Shown one piece after another: positions 49,814 through 62,643 of a DNA stretch of 64,000 bases; the stretch's first letter is position 1; each line of letters opens with the position of its first letter. This DNA is from Macrostomum lignano (taxonomy: Eukaryota): assembly GCA_002269645.1 (NCBI GenBank), contig NIVC01002770.1, positions 77,901 to 141,900 on the forward strand. Reading direction: 5' to 3'. Below the pieces are notes generated by a model. That model did not search any database and had not been told where the DNA came from. It saw nothing but the letters and a program-made list of their open reading frames with translations. The position numbers and the translations under genes are program-made.

Positions 49814-50394
49814 AGTCAGTGTCTGAGGTAAGAGTCCGCTTCAGTATGTGCTGTTCGCACAGGCCTGAGTCTGAGTCAGTGTCTGAGGTAAGAGTCCGCT
49901 TCAGTGTGCTGTGCGTACAGGCCTGAGTCTGAGTCAGTGTCTGAGGTAAGAGTCCGCTTCAGTGTGCTGTGCGCACAGGCCTGAGTCTGAGTCAGTGTCT
50001 GAGGTAAGAGTCCGCTTCAGTATGTGCTGTGCGCACAGGCCTGAGTCTGAGTCAGTGTCTGAGGTAAGAGTCCGCTTCAGTGTGCTGTGCGTACAGGCCT
50101 GAGTCTGAGTCAGTGTCTGAGGTAAGAGTCCGCTTCAGTGTGCTGTGCGTACAGGCCTGAGTCTGAGTCAGTGTCTGAGGTAAGAGTCCGCTTCAGTGTG
50201 CTGTGCGTACAGGCCTGAGTCTGAGTCAGTGTCTGAGGTAAGAGTCCGCTTCAGTGTGTGCGCACAGGCCTGAATCTGAGTCAGTGTCTGAGGTAAGAGT
50301 CCGCTTCAGTATGCTGTGCGCACAGGCCTGAGTCTGAGTCAGTGTCTGAGGTAAGAGTCCGCTTCAGTATGCTGTGCGCACAGGCCTGAGTCAG
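49814..50394. repeat. 58-bp minisatellite, 10 units
   Basis: CTGAGTCAGTGTCTGAGGTAAGAGTCCGCTTCAGTGTGCTGTGCGTACAGGCCTGAGT. Confidence 0.95.
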
Positions 50395-51663
50395 TTACTT
50401 GTTCATATATACTGGTAGAAAACAAAATTGGAAATGAAAAGGGATTAAGATTGGCAGGGAAGCGATGGTAAATATTCGGTCAACATCCCACTTCCATGCA
50501 TGACTATGCTATGCCTCTTCTCTAATAAGGAACAGGTTAATAATACTACTAAAGAAGCTCGTCATTCCTAATATATTACCAACCAGGTCAGCAGATTTGG
50601 CCAACTAAAAGCGGATCCAGCCAAATAAGCATGCGGATGCGCTGCTTCACCTGCAGACTGGAATCCCAGAAATTGAGATAAATTGGCCAAAAACACTAAC
50701 GCAACCCCGGAGCTTTGTCGGCGCCTCAGCCTCCCCTTCAACTCCATCACCCTGTAGCTGGCAGTCCCCCGGTCAAAACTGGGGGATCCTCGCGGGACCC
50801 TGGCCGGCCTCTCAGCTCCTCTGCAGGCAGGCCAAGAGATCTTCCACGCTGTTCCGTGTCTGTTCATTTGTTTCCTCTTCATCATCGTGCAGGAAATAAG
50901 GAGGCTGGATAACGGCAGGAAGCTGGAAGATATATTGCAGACGGCGTCATCACCTGTTCCGATCTCCTGGGAAGGTCCCGGGCTATGAATCACTCTGAGG
51001 AGTTGCAAGGTTTTTTCTGGCTATCCAAACCCGCGATTTCATAGAGCCGAAACCGAATCGCACGATACGACAGGGTCTGGCTTGTTAGCCCGCCTGTGTT
51101 GCTACGGAGTTGCCAGGGGGATATGCGATATACTAGGATGGAATCTTAGTGAAAAAAGGCACATGCAGAGAAAGAAGCTCTCGAGATAAAGCGAGTAGCG
51201 ACCAACCGCTGGGAGGGAAGCGCTGGCGTGTTGAGGGCTGCCTGGGATTTCTCAGCGTGGCAGAACAAATAATTGGGGAGCGAAGCTGCTGCTGAAAGAA
51301 TCCACTTTGTCATCGCAAGGTTTCTGTGGGAAGAATCAGAGAAAGGATAACTTAATGACTTCACGTGGAGCAGAGGAAAGAAGCTGGTGCCCATTGCATC
51401 AGATTCACCACCAATTTGAATAGCATAGGATGGGAGATTTATCCCAGAGATCCTCGAGCAAAATCCTACCAGGCAATTCCGGAAATCGCCACCTGCGAAG
51501 CCTCCAGGCGGACTGGCGTAGGGCCAAAATTGCGCGCATCTGTTTTGGAGCTGTTGAAACAAATTTGAATGGCGTGAAATACGAAATATAAAAATTAGGC
51601 CAGGTTTTAGCGAGAAACATACCTTATGCTGCTTCTACGGAAGGCAGAGACAAACGTAAGAAA

Positions 51664-52990
51664 GAGAGTGGGAGAGCGATGGAGAGAGGGGGAGAGAGAG
51701 GCAGAGAGATTTGGAGAGAGAGACAGATCTGAAGAAAGATGGAGAGAGATGGAGAGGGGAGAGAGAGATGTATGGAGGGGAAGAGAGATTGAGAGAGATG
51801 AAGAGAGAGGGTGAGAGAGGGGGGAAAGCGATGGAGAGAGAGGGAGAGAGAGGGAGAGAGAGGGAGAGAGAGGGAGAGAGAGGGAGAGAGAGAGGGAGAG
51901 AGAGAGAGAGAGAGGAGGGCGCCTCCAATCTCAGGCACGGACGCGGTACATGTAAAAAGGACAAACAAGTCAAGATGATTAAAGTTGCCGATATTTCGAA
52001 TTAGGTAAATTCTTCGTCAGGGCAAATGAAAAGTAGCGACAAGTGGTGTTGTAAAAGTTATTAAATAGGCGGGTTAGAGGGGAGAGAGAGTAGGCAGGTA
52101 GATAGAGAGCGTACGGTATGTACACTTGGTGTGAGTCGATAAAACACTATTAGAGTTGAAAATGCAAAATAAAAAACAGTGAGAGTGGGAGAGCGATGGA
52201 GAGAGGGGGAGAGAGAGGCAGAGAGATTTGGAGAGAGAGACAGATCTGAAGAAAGATGGAGAGAGATGGAGAGGGGAGAGAGAGATGTATGGAGGGGAAG
52301 AGAGATTGAGAGAGATGAAGAGAGAGGGTGAGAGAGGGGGGAAAGCGATGGAGAGAGAGGGAGAGAGAGGGAGAGAGAGGAGAGAGAGGGAGAGAGAGGG
52401 AGAGAGAGGGAGAGAGAGGGAGAGAGAGGGAGAGAGAGGGAGAGAGAGGGAGAGAGAGGGAGAGAGAGGAGAGAGAGGGAGAGAGAGGGAGAGAGAGGGA
52501 GAGAGGGAGAGAGAGGGAGAGAGAGGGAGAGAGAGGGAGAGAGAGGGAGAGAGAGGGAGAGAGGGAGAGAGAGGGAGAAAGAGGGAGAGAGAGGGAGAGA
52601 GAGAGGGAGAGAGAGAGGGAGAGAGAGGGAGAGAGGGAGAGAGAGGGAGAGAGATGGAAAGAGAGGGAGAGAGAGAGGGAGAGAGAGGGAGAGAGGGAGA
52701 GAGAGAGGGAGAGAGAGGGAGGGAGAGGGAGAGAGAGGGAGAGAGAGAGGGAGAGAGGGAGAGAGAGAGAGGGAGAGAGAGGGAGAGAGATGGAAAGAGA
52801 GGGAGAGAGAGAGGGAGAGAGAGAGAGGGAGAGAGAGGGAGAGAGATGGAAAGAGAGGGAGAGAGAGAGGGAGAGAGAGAGGGAGAGAGAGAGGGAGAGA
52901 GAGGGAGAGATGGAGAGATGGAGAGATGGAGAGAGAGGTGGAAACAGAGGGAGAGAGAGGGAGAGAGAGGGTGAGAGAGGGAGAGAGATA
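51664..52990. repeat. Two GA-rich purine tracts (51664-51915, 52181-52990) sharing a duplicated start of about 200 bp
   Basis: GAGAGTGGGAGAGCGATGG...GAGACAGATCTGAAGAAAGATGG...GGAAAGCGATGG occurs at both 51664 and 52181. Confidence 0.9.
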
Positions 52991-53617
52991 AGGAAGGGAG
53001 GGGACAAACACCTGCTGAATAAAAAAACATTCTGGAAGCGTAACACTTATTTAAGAGCATCAAGAACAGCCCCTGAATTATGAAACCCTGATAGAAAGTG
53101 CAGAGCCCAGCAGTAATCCGTTCTAGCTGGTTGAATGGAAGCAAGCCAAAATGAAGGCCAACTTATAAGTTGAAGGGCTGAAAGCTGAAGGCTGACCAAC
53201 TGAAATAGGAAAATGCAGCTTTGGCCAGAGGCGAAGCTAGAAAGTAAGAATTCCAGAATTCATCGCTTCTTTCTACAATTTCTTTTACCTGGAGCCTCCC
53301 CATTAGCGTGGCTGCGCGGGCAGCAGAAGAAAGGCCAGCAAGGAGTGCGCGAAGAGGCTCTGGATGGAAGGAGATGCCTTGAAGAAAGTATTGCAGTAGG
53401 TTTTATATATCCTACAAGGGTTTACCGCCACGCTTTCGGTTACTGAACCAAAGCGATTTCGGAACCGAAATCTGGAGCGGCACTTTCTCCCTTTGCTCAA
53501 CATTTCCCACTGGTATAGACATTTTTCTGCTTTCAAACCTTCAGTCTATCAATCAAGTCTACCAAGCAGGCGGTTTAACAAACCCGTGCAATATTCCGAT
53601 GGCCACCGACGTCCACC

Positions 53618-53878
53618 GGCGTACCCAACGTACCCGGACGTACCCGACGTACTCAACGTACCCGGACGTACCCGACGTACTCAACATACCCGGACGTACC
53701 CAACGTACCCGGACGTACCCCAACGTGCCCGACGTACCCAACGTACCCGAACGTACCCGACGTACTCAACATACCCGGACGTACCTAACGTACCCGACGT
53801 ACCCAACGTACCCGGACGTACTCAACGTACCCGGACGTACATGTACCCAACGTACCCGACGTACACGACGTACCCAAC
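53618..53878. repeat. 9-10 bp ACGTACCC(G/A) array
   Basis: ACGTACCCGG / ACGTACCCA / ACGTACTCA units. Confidence 0.92.
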
Positions 53879-54996
53879 TTCGATTAATAAATAGTTATTA
53901 TTATATTGTTACAGGCAAGCAAAATTTACTATACTTCCGCCACATCGTGTCTTGAATACGATGGTTAGAAGAGTCGGTACTCCAGATTCTGGTTCAAGGT
54001 GTCCTTGACTGAAGCGAAGAGGTTTTGGAGCCGCCAGCTACAGGGCAGAAGTTTCAGGGAGAATTTTCAATTCCAAACGGCCCCCACACCCTGGATAGTG
54101 AAAGGAGGCAGACAGTGAGGTAAGAGTGAAAAGGCAGATAAGGATTTCAGTTTCTATTGCCACCTTCAACCCCAGCGCCCCACCCCAGTCTCCTGATAGC
54201 CGCCTCATCAGTATCACCTTGCCGATTGCCCCCCCCCGTCATAATAATCTGGCTTTTTATTAGCGGCTTGGCTTTGCCCCTTACGCCAGCAATCTTGATT
54301 TCCTCTATCCTGCCCCTCTTACCCAAGACTGGTGCCCCAAAATCTGCTGATCAATTTATTCTGCTCGGATATCGGCCTCGCGGAACAAAGAGCTAAGCTA
54401 TATTTATTATTACGATGCTCTTCCTCCTTGCGCCTTGGCTTTATTTCGGCTCGAGGAGTAAAACTAGCTTCCGCGATCCTCCTTTATTGATGTCTTTCCT
54501 GTCTGGCTATTCGCTTTGTCCATGAAGCGTCCCTAGCTTCACCGTGATCAGCGAGTCAATCCTACTCCACGTATCGATTCAAAACTAACTTTTTAATAGG
54601 GAAACACTGAGGTGCCGTCCACTTTCTACAAGCATTTCCAATAGCCAATTTCTAGGCAAGCGGTGCGGACGGTATGCAGGCTTGCGGAGAAGTCTGAGAC
54701 AGTCCAAGGGCCCGGTACAGCTATTACGTAAGGTCCCTCTCTCCTCCACGCCTGCCACCTGATACATAAAAAATTAAGTGGCAAAGTGGATTTTCATAAA
54801 ATAACGTCCGGGAACTGCTTGAGACATGCGACCTGTCAAAATTAGCTCCGCCCAGGCCTTGAGTTTTAGGTGCCTCTGCGTGCTGCATCAGATATCCGCT
54901 GAGACAGCGCCAGACTCATCGACAGAGACGGCGTGGTTTGCTGTGACGCCGATTCTTGTCGAATTTCGGTCAAAGTTGATTTCCGCTTCATAGATG

Positions 54997-55017
<21 letters not shown>

Positions 55018-55093
<76 letters not shown>
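55018..55093. repeat. (AG)n microsatellite
   Basis: Direct inspection. Confidence 0.97.
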
Positions 55094-55284
55094 GCTATGC
55101 TCGGCGGCTTGGGATTCACCAAGCTTTGTTAAAGGGGGCCTGAACTAGAATTTTGAGTGCCAGATCCTCAGCCTCATCAATTCTTTCTTTTTCACCTGTT
55201 TGTGATTTTTAAGACGATGCAGAAAAGCGCCTATAATACAGGTAGAATAAATAGCAGGAGGGTTGCATCATCCCACGATCAGTG

Positions 55285-55485
55285 TTAAGGGATACTGTAC
55301 GCAGGCACGCACTCATAGACACGCTCACACAGGGTGTACATCGTCGTCGCTGACTTTCTAATCTTCAGATATGTACGAGTAGTCTCTGTGCCTTGGGCAT
55401 GAATCACACGACAACCCGCCGGCCAATTTCTGTGCAAAATTTTCAAATACTCGTAAATGTGGCCGCGAACGGAATCGAACCAGGG
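55285..55485 (-). mobile_element. SINE family 2 copy
   Basis: Family core plus B box (CGGAATCGAACC at about 55469). Confidence 0.7.
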
Positions 55486-57069
55486 GCCGTGCTCCAGATT
55501 CTAGCCCCAGGTGTCCTTGGCTTCTCCTCCCAAACCCTGTCATTCATTGCGCATCGGACCAGCGCCGCTCATTAAGCTGCTCGCCCTCTGCTCTCTTTTT
55601 GTTCCATCGGCCACTGGGCAAAAGATTCTACACTGCATCGTTTTTTGCCCGTCCCGAATCGCTTTGACTCTTTGTGTGGCTTTTTCGAGGGCTTTTTCAG
55701 TTAGGGCCTTAGATTTTCCTTTTGCTCGAGTCACGAATGACTCGGCAAGGTAGAGAAAGGGAGTCGGAGAGAAGGGAGGCCGGACTGTGAGCACGGTTGG
55801 AATGCGACAAGGGCTTGATCCTTACAGTTGCCAATTTTATGGCCGCATTGGAGCGCCTCGCACAGGTGCGCATTATGAAATAACAAATTTTATTGTTTCT
55901 CGGTCTTCATGAACTCATAGAAGCGTTGTCCAAACTGGAACATTTGCTTTCTAGTGTCGGTTAATCTTCTAGCCATGAGAAACTGCTAGTCTCCTAAAGG
56001 AGGCTCTTGAATAAACTTCAAGAAGGCTGCGAACTTATCGTCATGACGATCGGTTGCAGAAGCGGCAGAAACGAAGTCCAACTCCGAACTTCTCAAATGT
56101 TGGAAAGTTTCTCGCAGGGCAAATTGGAGTCTTTTCTCCAGTTTTTGCCATAGACAACTGCTTGACCAATGCATTCTATGGGACTGGCCATTGACATGAA
56201 ATGTACGCATTGTCATTTTCTTCCCCGTTTGTTTCGGCCATAGACAATTCAATCAATGGCCATATGGTCTCGAAATTCTCGCTTCATATTACGCTCATAA
56301 CCTTCCATTATATGGAAGCTCTTGATGCCACCGCTTATAAAAGTGCGCGGCCAGTTCCAGTTCGAGGCGCTCTTAAACCGATACGCGCCTATATAAATGC
56401 CGAGCATCTCGCATGATCTCCTGTGGGACTTCTTCTATTGAAATCTCGCACGCCAACTGACGCATGCAAGTTTGGCACATAAACATTTTCTCGAACCCCT
56501 CGGCCGGGTCTGCGGCATTCCTAGCGGATAATTGTCCGTAGGAAGTTAATCCCCTCCCCTAGCTGTTCGCGCTCCTTACCTACCGGATGTTGCCGATCGG
56601 GAGGAAAGATCGGCGAGCGGAGGAGACTGGCGGGCGGCATCTGGTCCGTCGTGTTTCGCGGAGATTCGAGCCGCTGAACGCCACATAACTGACGCGGTCA
56701 GAATTTCTTAGGCCGAAGGTGATGGAGAATAAAAGAGGCTGCACCGTTGGGATTCCTAGGGAAGATTAATGGGTAAGAATCTGTCGGAATTCCTCAGATC
56801 AGACTTTGGGATTTGCCGGACTAGACTTAGGAGAGGCCAGGCTTGAAATTTCTACAACGCAAGGCAGGAGCGAGAGGAACATTTTTTCCGTTTGAGTTTT
56901 TTCTGTTCCTCAGTCTTGTCCATTTTCTAGTCTAGCTGGTTTTCCGCAATCCCTTAATATGCTGCACGTACAAGGGCCTGTCATGCAGCCTTCGCATTGA
57001 CTTGTAGATGAACATAATGGTTTTGCAGTGGCCCAGTGGGTTCTAGATTGTACAACAGCTTCAGAGCCC

Positions 57070-57660
57070 GTGACTACACTCTCCTCACCGATCCTAGAAT
57101 GTACACTCTCCTCACCGGTCCTAGAAAGTACACTCTCCTCACCGGTTATAGAATGTACACTCTCCTCACCGGTCCTAAAATGTGCACTCTCCTCACCGGT
57201 CCTAGAATGTGCACTCTCCTCACCGGTCCTAGAAAGTACACTCTCCTCACCGGTTATAGAATGTACACTCTCCTCACCGGTCCTAGAATGTGCACTCTCC
57301 TCACCGGTCCTAGAATGTGCACTCTCCTCACCGGTCCTAGAAAGTACACTCGCCTCACCGGTCCTAGAATGTACACTCGCCTAACCGGTCCTAGAAAGTA
57401 CACTCGCCTAACCGGTCCTAGAATGTACACTCTCCTCACCGGTCCTAAAATGTACACTCTCCTCACCGGTCCTAAAATTTACACTCTCATCACCGGTCCT
57501 AGAATGTACACTCTCCTCACAGGTCCTAGAATGTACACTCGCCTAACCGGTCCTAGAAAGTACACTCGCCTAACCGGTCCTAGAATGTACACTCTCCTCA
57601 CAGGTCCTAGAATGTACACTCTCCTCACAGGTTATAGAATGTACACTCGCCCAAAGCCTA
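57070..57660. repeat. 27-bp minisatellite, about 21 units
   Basis: GTACACTCTCCTCACCGGTCCTAGAAT. Confidence 0.95.
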
Positions 57661-59281
57661 GAATGGTGAATAGAACAGACTAGCTGCAATATAAACTAAC
57701 CCAATATTAGTGTGAACAACACCCGTGTGAAGTAATCTGTAAACAATTCTCTTAGTGTGTTGCGCACCGCCAATCGAAAAAGCACCTGCAGGCTGCAGTC
57801 AGTGTTAGTGAAATATCCCGACTGTGTACCATTTTTTCAGCTGGCAAAAAAGATACAAACAAGAGAGAGAGCACGTCTGTAAGAAGGTTCACAATGTATG
57901 GAAAATCTCACGCATATTCGTGTGCAGGAATACTTTTTTCTTGCTAATATATTACTTTGTTCTGTACAATCAATATAGATCAACTGCATTACAAATTCCA
58001 ATGCAATAACAGTCAGTAGCAACTTTAAAGCTACAAGTAGGACGCGTAAAAAATTACAATTTACAAAGTTTTGTCATCAAAATATATCAATCAAACTTGG
58101 AGGAGGGGACAGACTCGCTAGAGTTTTCGTGAATTCATTCTTTTAAACGGGCAAGACCAGACCAAAGGAGGTGCACACGTCAGCCTAGTTAGTGTGCAAA
58201 TTGAACAACTTTAAGCGTATGACAGATGAGGCTTGTTTAGGGAGACTTTGGTAACTCCAGACTGTGGTTAACCGTTAAGACAGACGGACAGGTCACAAGT
58301 CCAGGTATTAATTAAACAAACAGGATGGAAGGGGTCATATATAAGCAATACTTCAAAGCTGATGCAAGAGCTGCATCGGGGCAGAGGCAAGCAAAACGAA
58401 ACACAGGCTTGGTGACAGGACGCGAATAGAAGCAAAGGTGAGCGAACTGGCGAACTTGAACAATTCTCGCGCACAGCAATCAAGATTTTGATGAAAGCGA
58501 CTCCAGGGTAGCGGGGCGGAGGGGCGTCAACACAATAACAAAAATTCCAAAAACTAAACGGTTGGAAAAATAATAACAAAAAAGCGGCCCCAGCGCGTTT
58601 TGTTTCTAATAAAAACGACAGAGAGCAGACTATTTATAGAAGCAAGAATTAGGCAAGCCAACTGCGCAAACGGAAAGGAAAATTGAAAAGTTATATAAAG
58701 ACTCGCTGCCTCTGCTGCGGACAGGCATCAGTCAATCAACCTGCTAAGATACTGCGGGACAGAGACTAACTTTCTTACTAGTCTTTGTTCCATCTAAGCG
58801 CCGTTGATAGGCGCGATGGGTCCTGAAGCTGAGCGAAAAAGGCACGATAGGCATCCCGGAGGGAGGCGGATCATTAAAGATGCATGGATTGATGGGAGCT
58901 CTTGCTGGTTTGAAGAACTGCCCCCCCACTGCTTCTCCGGAGGACCAGCTGATTCTTATCTGGCGCAGACTGGGGATGCTGGAGACATTTTTTTCACTTC
59001 CCCATCGCGGTGGGAACCCAATTCAATAAGCGAGACCTCTGCTGATGGGCAGGCAGGAGTTCAAGCTGTCTCTGCTTCTGAATGAAAGTTTTGCCAGTCC
59101 GAAAGCACAGCAGAAGCAATCGATACAAAAAGCGTCTTTGTAACAACAAAGCTGACCAAAGTTAACAATTCTGAAATACGAATACACTGTAGAATCTAAA
59201 TCAGGCTGTTCGATCGGGCAAGACTACAAGCATGAATGAGAAAACTCAAGTCGAGCCAATGCACAATCAGTGGGAACGCTG

Positions 59282-62200
59282 TCAGACATTGTACATCAAT
59301 CTGGGATTGTTGAAGTCGAGGAATTCTCTGTCGCTGCTGCTCATGCTGCTGCCGCCGCAGCCGCTGCCGCCGCCGACGCCGTTGCCGCCAACGCCCATGC
59401 CCGACGGCAGCGTCTGCGAAGGCGGCGGCGGCTTTGGCAGGCAGGGCTGGTCAATTCTTGGCACGTCGTACTCGTGCGACGAAGGCTGGTGAGTGTTGTA
59501 GCTGTAGGTTGCCGAGTACGGCGCCTGGTGCGGGTGCTGCGGCAGCGGCTGGTGCTGCTGCGGGTGGGCAGCTGGTGCTGGTGGACGTAGGTTGCCCACA
59601 GTTTCTTGTCGCGCCGCTTATACCAGCGCACGAACTGGCAGGAGAGCATGAAGATCAGGCTGGTGGACATGAAGGTTCCAATCACGGCTATGATCATCTC
59701 CAGCAGGGTGAACTGCTTGTCATTGTCGCTCGCCGCGGCGCTGCCGCCTCGCCGCCCAGTCGGCTTCTCCGGTATCGCCGCGTCGCCACCGCTCGGCGCC
59801 TCGCCCGGCAGCGGCAACGTCGGCAGTGGCGGCTGTGGCGGCTGCGGCGGTTGCGGCGGCGGCCAGATGATCGTCAGGTTGAGCTGGGCCGACTGTCCGG
59901 CAGAGTCGGCCACCGGACAGCGAGTCGTTGGCTGTCCAGGTTGGCGACTCGACGAACAAGGCGTTGGAAAGCGAAGCCGCTGTGAATTGGCAGTCGGCTG
60001 GAGTCGAAGAACCAGTCCAGGGGGCTGCCGTCCTCGCGTCTGTCGGCCAGGCAGCTGAGGCTGGCCGAGTCCTGGCCGAGCTGCAGGTCGACGCTGGCGA
60101 TGCGCGGCGGCGGGCAGAGAAAGCGGGACGGCTCGATCTTAGTGAGCTCGATGTCCATCAGATTGAAAGGTGACTTGCAGGTGGGCAGCTTCGACTTCTG
60201 TAGATGTGGATGTTAGTAAGCTTTTATAGACTCTGAGATGCAGTTAATATGAAGGGCACACAAATTAAGATCTGAAAACCCAGGAATCGGACAGACTCGG
60301 ACACTATATAGACTCAGACAATCTAGACCTCAGAAACTCTAGACTTGGACACTCTAAAGACTCAGCTTCCCTATACTCGGACACAATGGACTCAGACACT
60401 AGACTCGGCACTCTATAGACTCAGACACTCTTAGACTTGGACACTATATAGACCCGGACAATCTTAGACTCGGACACTTTAGACTCGGACACTTTAGACT
60501 CGGACACTCTAGATTCGTACACTATATGACTCGGACACCTAGATTCGGACACTATATAGACTCGACACTATATAGACTCGGACACTAGAATCGGACACTA
60601 TATAGACTCGGACACCATATAGACTTGGGCACTCTAGACTCGGACACTATATAGACTCGGAGACTATATAGACTCGGACAGTATTTAGACTCTGAATTCA
60701 CCACACTCGGACTGTGCATGCTCACAAACTACTCCTAGTTTACTGTGTTCAGGTGGATGACGGGTGCGTGTTCAGATAAAAAAACTGTAATCTACTTATT
60801 TCCTAGATAAAAAATAACAAGCCGACCAAATCCTACGAGTCTACGAGCGTAATAAAGATTTTGCCGCCCTCCAGTTTTTTTGCAAACCCTGAGTATTTTG
60901 AGCGAGCAGATGTGGATGAGATGAGACCACTCTGACCCGGAATCTGGACGCAGGTTGAGTTGATGAAGCTGAGGCTCAATAAGAACAAAGAAAAGAAGCA
61001 ACTGGAGGCAAAAGCTCGTTGAATCCATCAAATTGGTGAGAGAATTTACATGCAAGGTCAGATGAGCACTCAGAAGCTCTCAATCGCGAACAAAGAAGCT
61101 GGGATATGGGTAGCTGTGGGTTTCGTGAATGTGTCCAGCTTCTGGGTCCACCTGACTGACTTGCTAGTTTTTACAAAATAATGCATGTTTGTGCATGGCG
61201 AAGAGGGGGCTTAGGTCAAGAGTGTCAATGTCTAGGAGCTGCAAAACTCTGCAGGTAGAAGAGGGAGTTTTTGAGTCACTAATTGTGTTCATGAAAACGC
61301 GTGTGATCAGCATCTGGCCACCACGGGTAGTTGGTTTTGCACCGGGGATTCGGGAAACTGCTGCAAGCAGTCAGGCCCTTCGCCGCACACGCTCACACAA
61401 AGTGTACAGCGGCCCTGACTTTCGAATCGTCAGGCAGTAATAATGGTGATAATAATAATAACAATAATTAATTACACCTGCCCCAATAGCCAGATGTGCA
61501 GCCGACAGCTCAGCCGCAGCTATTGCGCGCCGCATCTGAAGGCTGCGTACGGCTGTTCAGTCCAAGGACTGGGGGTCGCCACACGCACCCTCAAATACCC
61601 AGCTAATGCCTGGCACCCATTTAACAGCTGGTGAATTGAAGCAATGCAGAGTTAAGTGTCTTGCTCAAGGACACAATTTGTTCCAAGTGGGTCGAGAATC
61701 GAACCCCCGACCTTTCATTCGTAAGTCTGACGCTCTAACGACTAGGCTACAACCCCCTCTGGCTACTACCCCCTCAGGCGGGGCTGGCCCTCGTGGGATG
61801 GAAGGCCTCTATGGAAGGAACCCATGGGTGAGTATTAAACAAGTTGATCACAAATGAAATTACCCATGGCCGCCGGGGACACCAACTCCCAGCTGACTGA
61901 CTCGCGCAGCCATCGGTTGGCGCAGGTGCATTGCAGCGGATTGCCGTCCAGGTAGAACACGGTCAGTCTGGTGACGAGCGGTTGAGCAGCACTGGCACCA
62001 GACTAATCTGATTCTCCGACAGAGTCAACTCCTTCAAGCCTTGGATTTTGAGCAGAGCAAAGGTGGGAAACTCGGTCAGCTGACACTTGGACAGGATGAG
62101 CTGCCGCAGGGTGACGCCTTCGAATGCCAGCGAATTATTGAGCTGCAATTCGCGATTCTCGCTCAGCTTCACCTGCTTCATCGTCAGCCGGCCGAACATT

Positions 62201-62643
62201 CGATCCGGCAGCTGGCGCAGGCTGTTGTCGCTGGCGTCGAACTCCTCCAGCCGGCTCAGGCCCTCCAAAGCGTCCGGATCGATTGTCCGCAGTCGCAGCG
62301 CACAATGATGACCTTCTTCAGGTTGGAGAAGCGAGCTAAGAGGTCACGGCTGAGCGCTGCTCAGTCATCTTCGGAGTGTTCTTGCAGTTCACGTAGAGCT
62401 CCTCGAAACTGTTGGACTGCAGATTCAGGGCCTCCAGCTCCGACTGCGTGGGAATCAGCTTCCCCAGGTGCACACTGCCCGTCAGCTTGTCCTGAGCCTT
62501 TTCAAAGTCGCATGTCAGGGTGTACCGGTCGCAGACGCACATTCCGCAATTGCTGATGTTGGCAAAGGAGCTGTTAACATTGAGCAGCAGCTGCACCAGC
62601 GAAAGGCTAGGATAGTGGCTGCCAGCTGCCAGCGGTGCTTCAT
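59282..62643 (-). CDS. LRR + Ig-like + single-TM cell-surface protein (LIG-type); two coding exons, about 62643..61864 and 60197..59282; multiple frameshifts in this sequence
   Basis: Signal-like MKHRWQLAATILA; N-cap CGMCVCDRYTLTC; LRRs (LEALNLQSNSF, LEEFDASDNSLRQLP, LKELTLSENQISLVP); C-cap YLDGNPLQCTCANRWL; Ig-like ASLSC..LDW..AQLNLTI; TM MIIAVIGTFMSTSLIFMLSC then RWYKRR; Pro/His-rich tail ending LMYNV-stop. Donor GTAATT at 61863, acceptor CTACAG at 60198. Confidence 0.8.
60290..60692. repeat. Degenerate 16-19 bp GACTCGGACACTATATA array in the LRR gene intron
   Basis: Tandem GACTCGGACAC cores with variable tails. Confidence 0.88.
61378..61438 (-). mobile_element. SINE family 2 fragment abutting the CORE-SINE tail
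   Basis: CACACGCTCACACAAAGTGTACAGCGGCCCTGACTTTCGAATCGTCAGGCA. Confidence 0.65.
61439..61757 (-). mobile_element. tRNA-derived CORE-SINE, full-length copy in the LRR gene intron
   Basis: Minus strand GGGGGTTGTAGCCTAGTCGTTAGAGCGTCAGAC...GGTTCGATTCTCG, CORE, the same 3' body as 43561-43871, (TTA)n tail. Confidence 0.85.
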
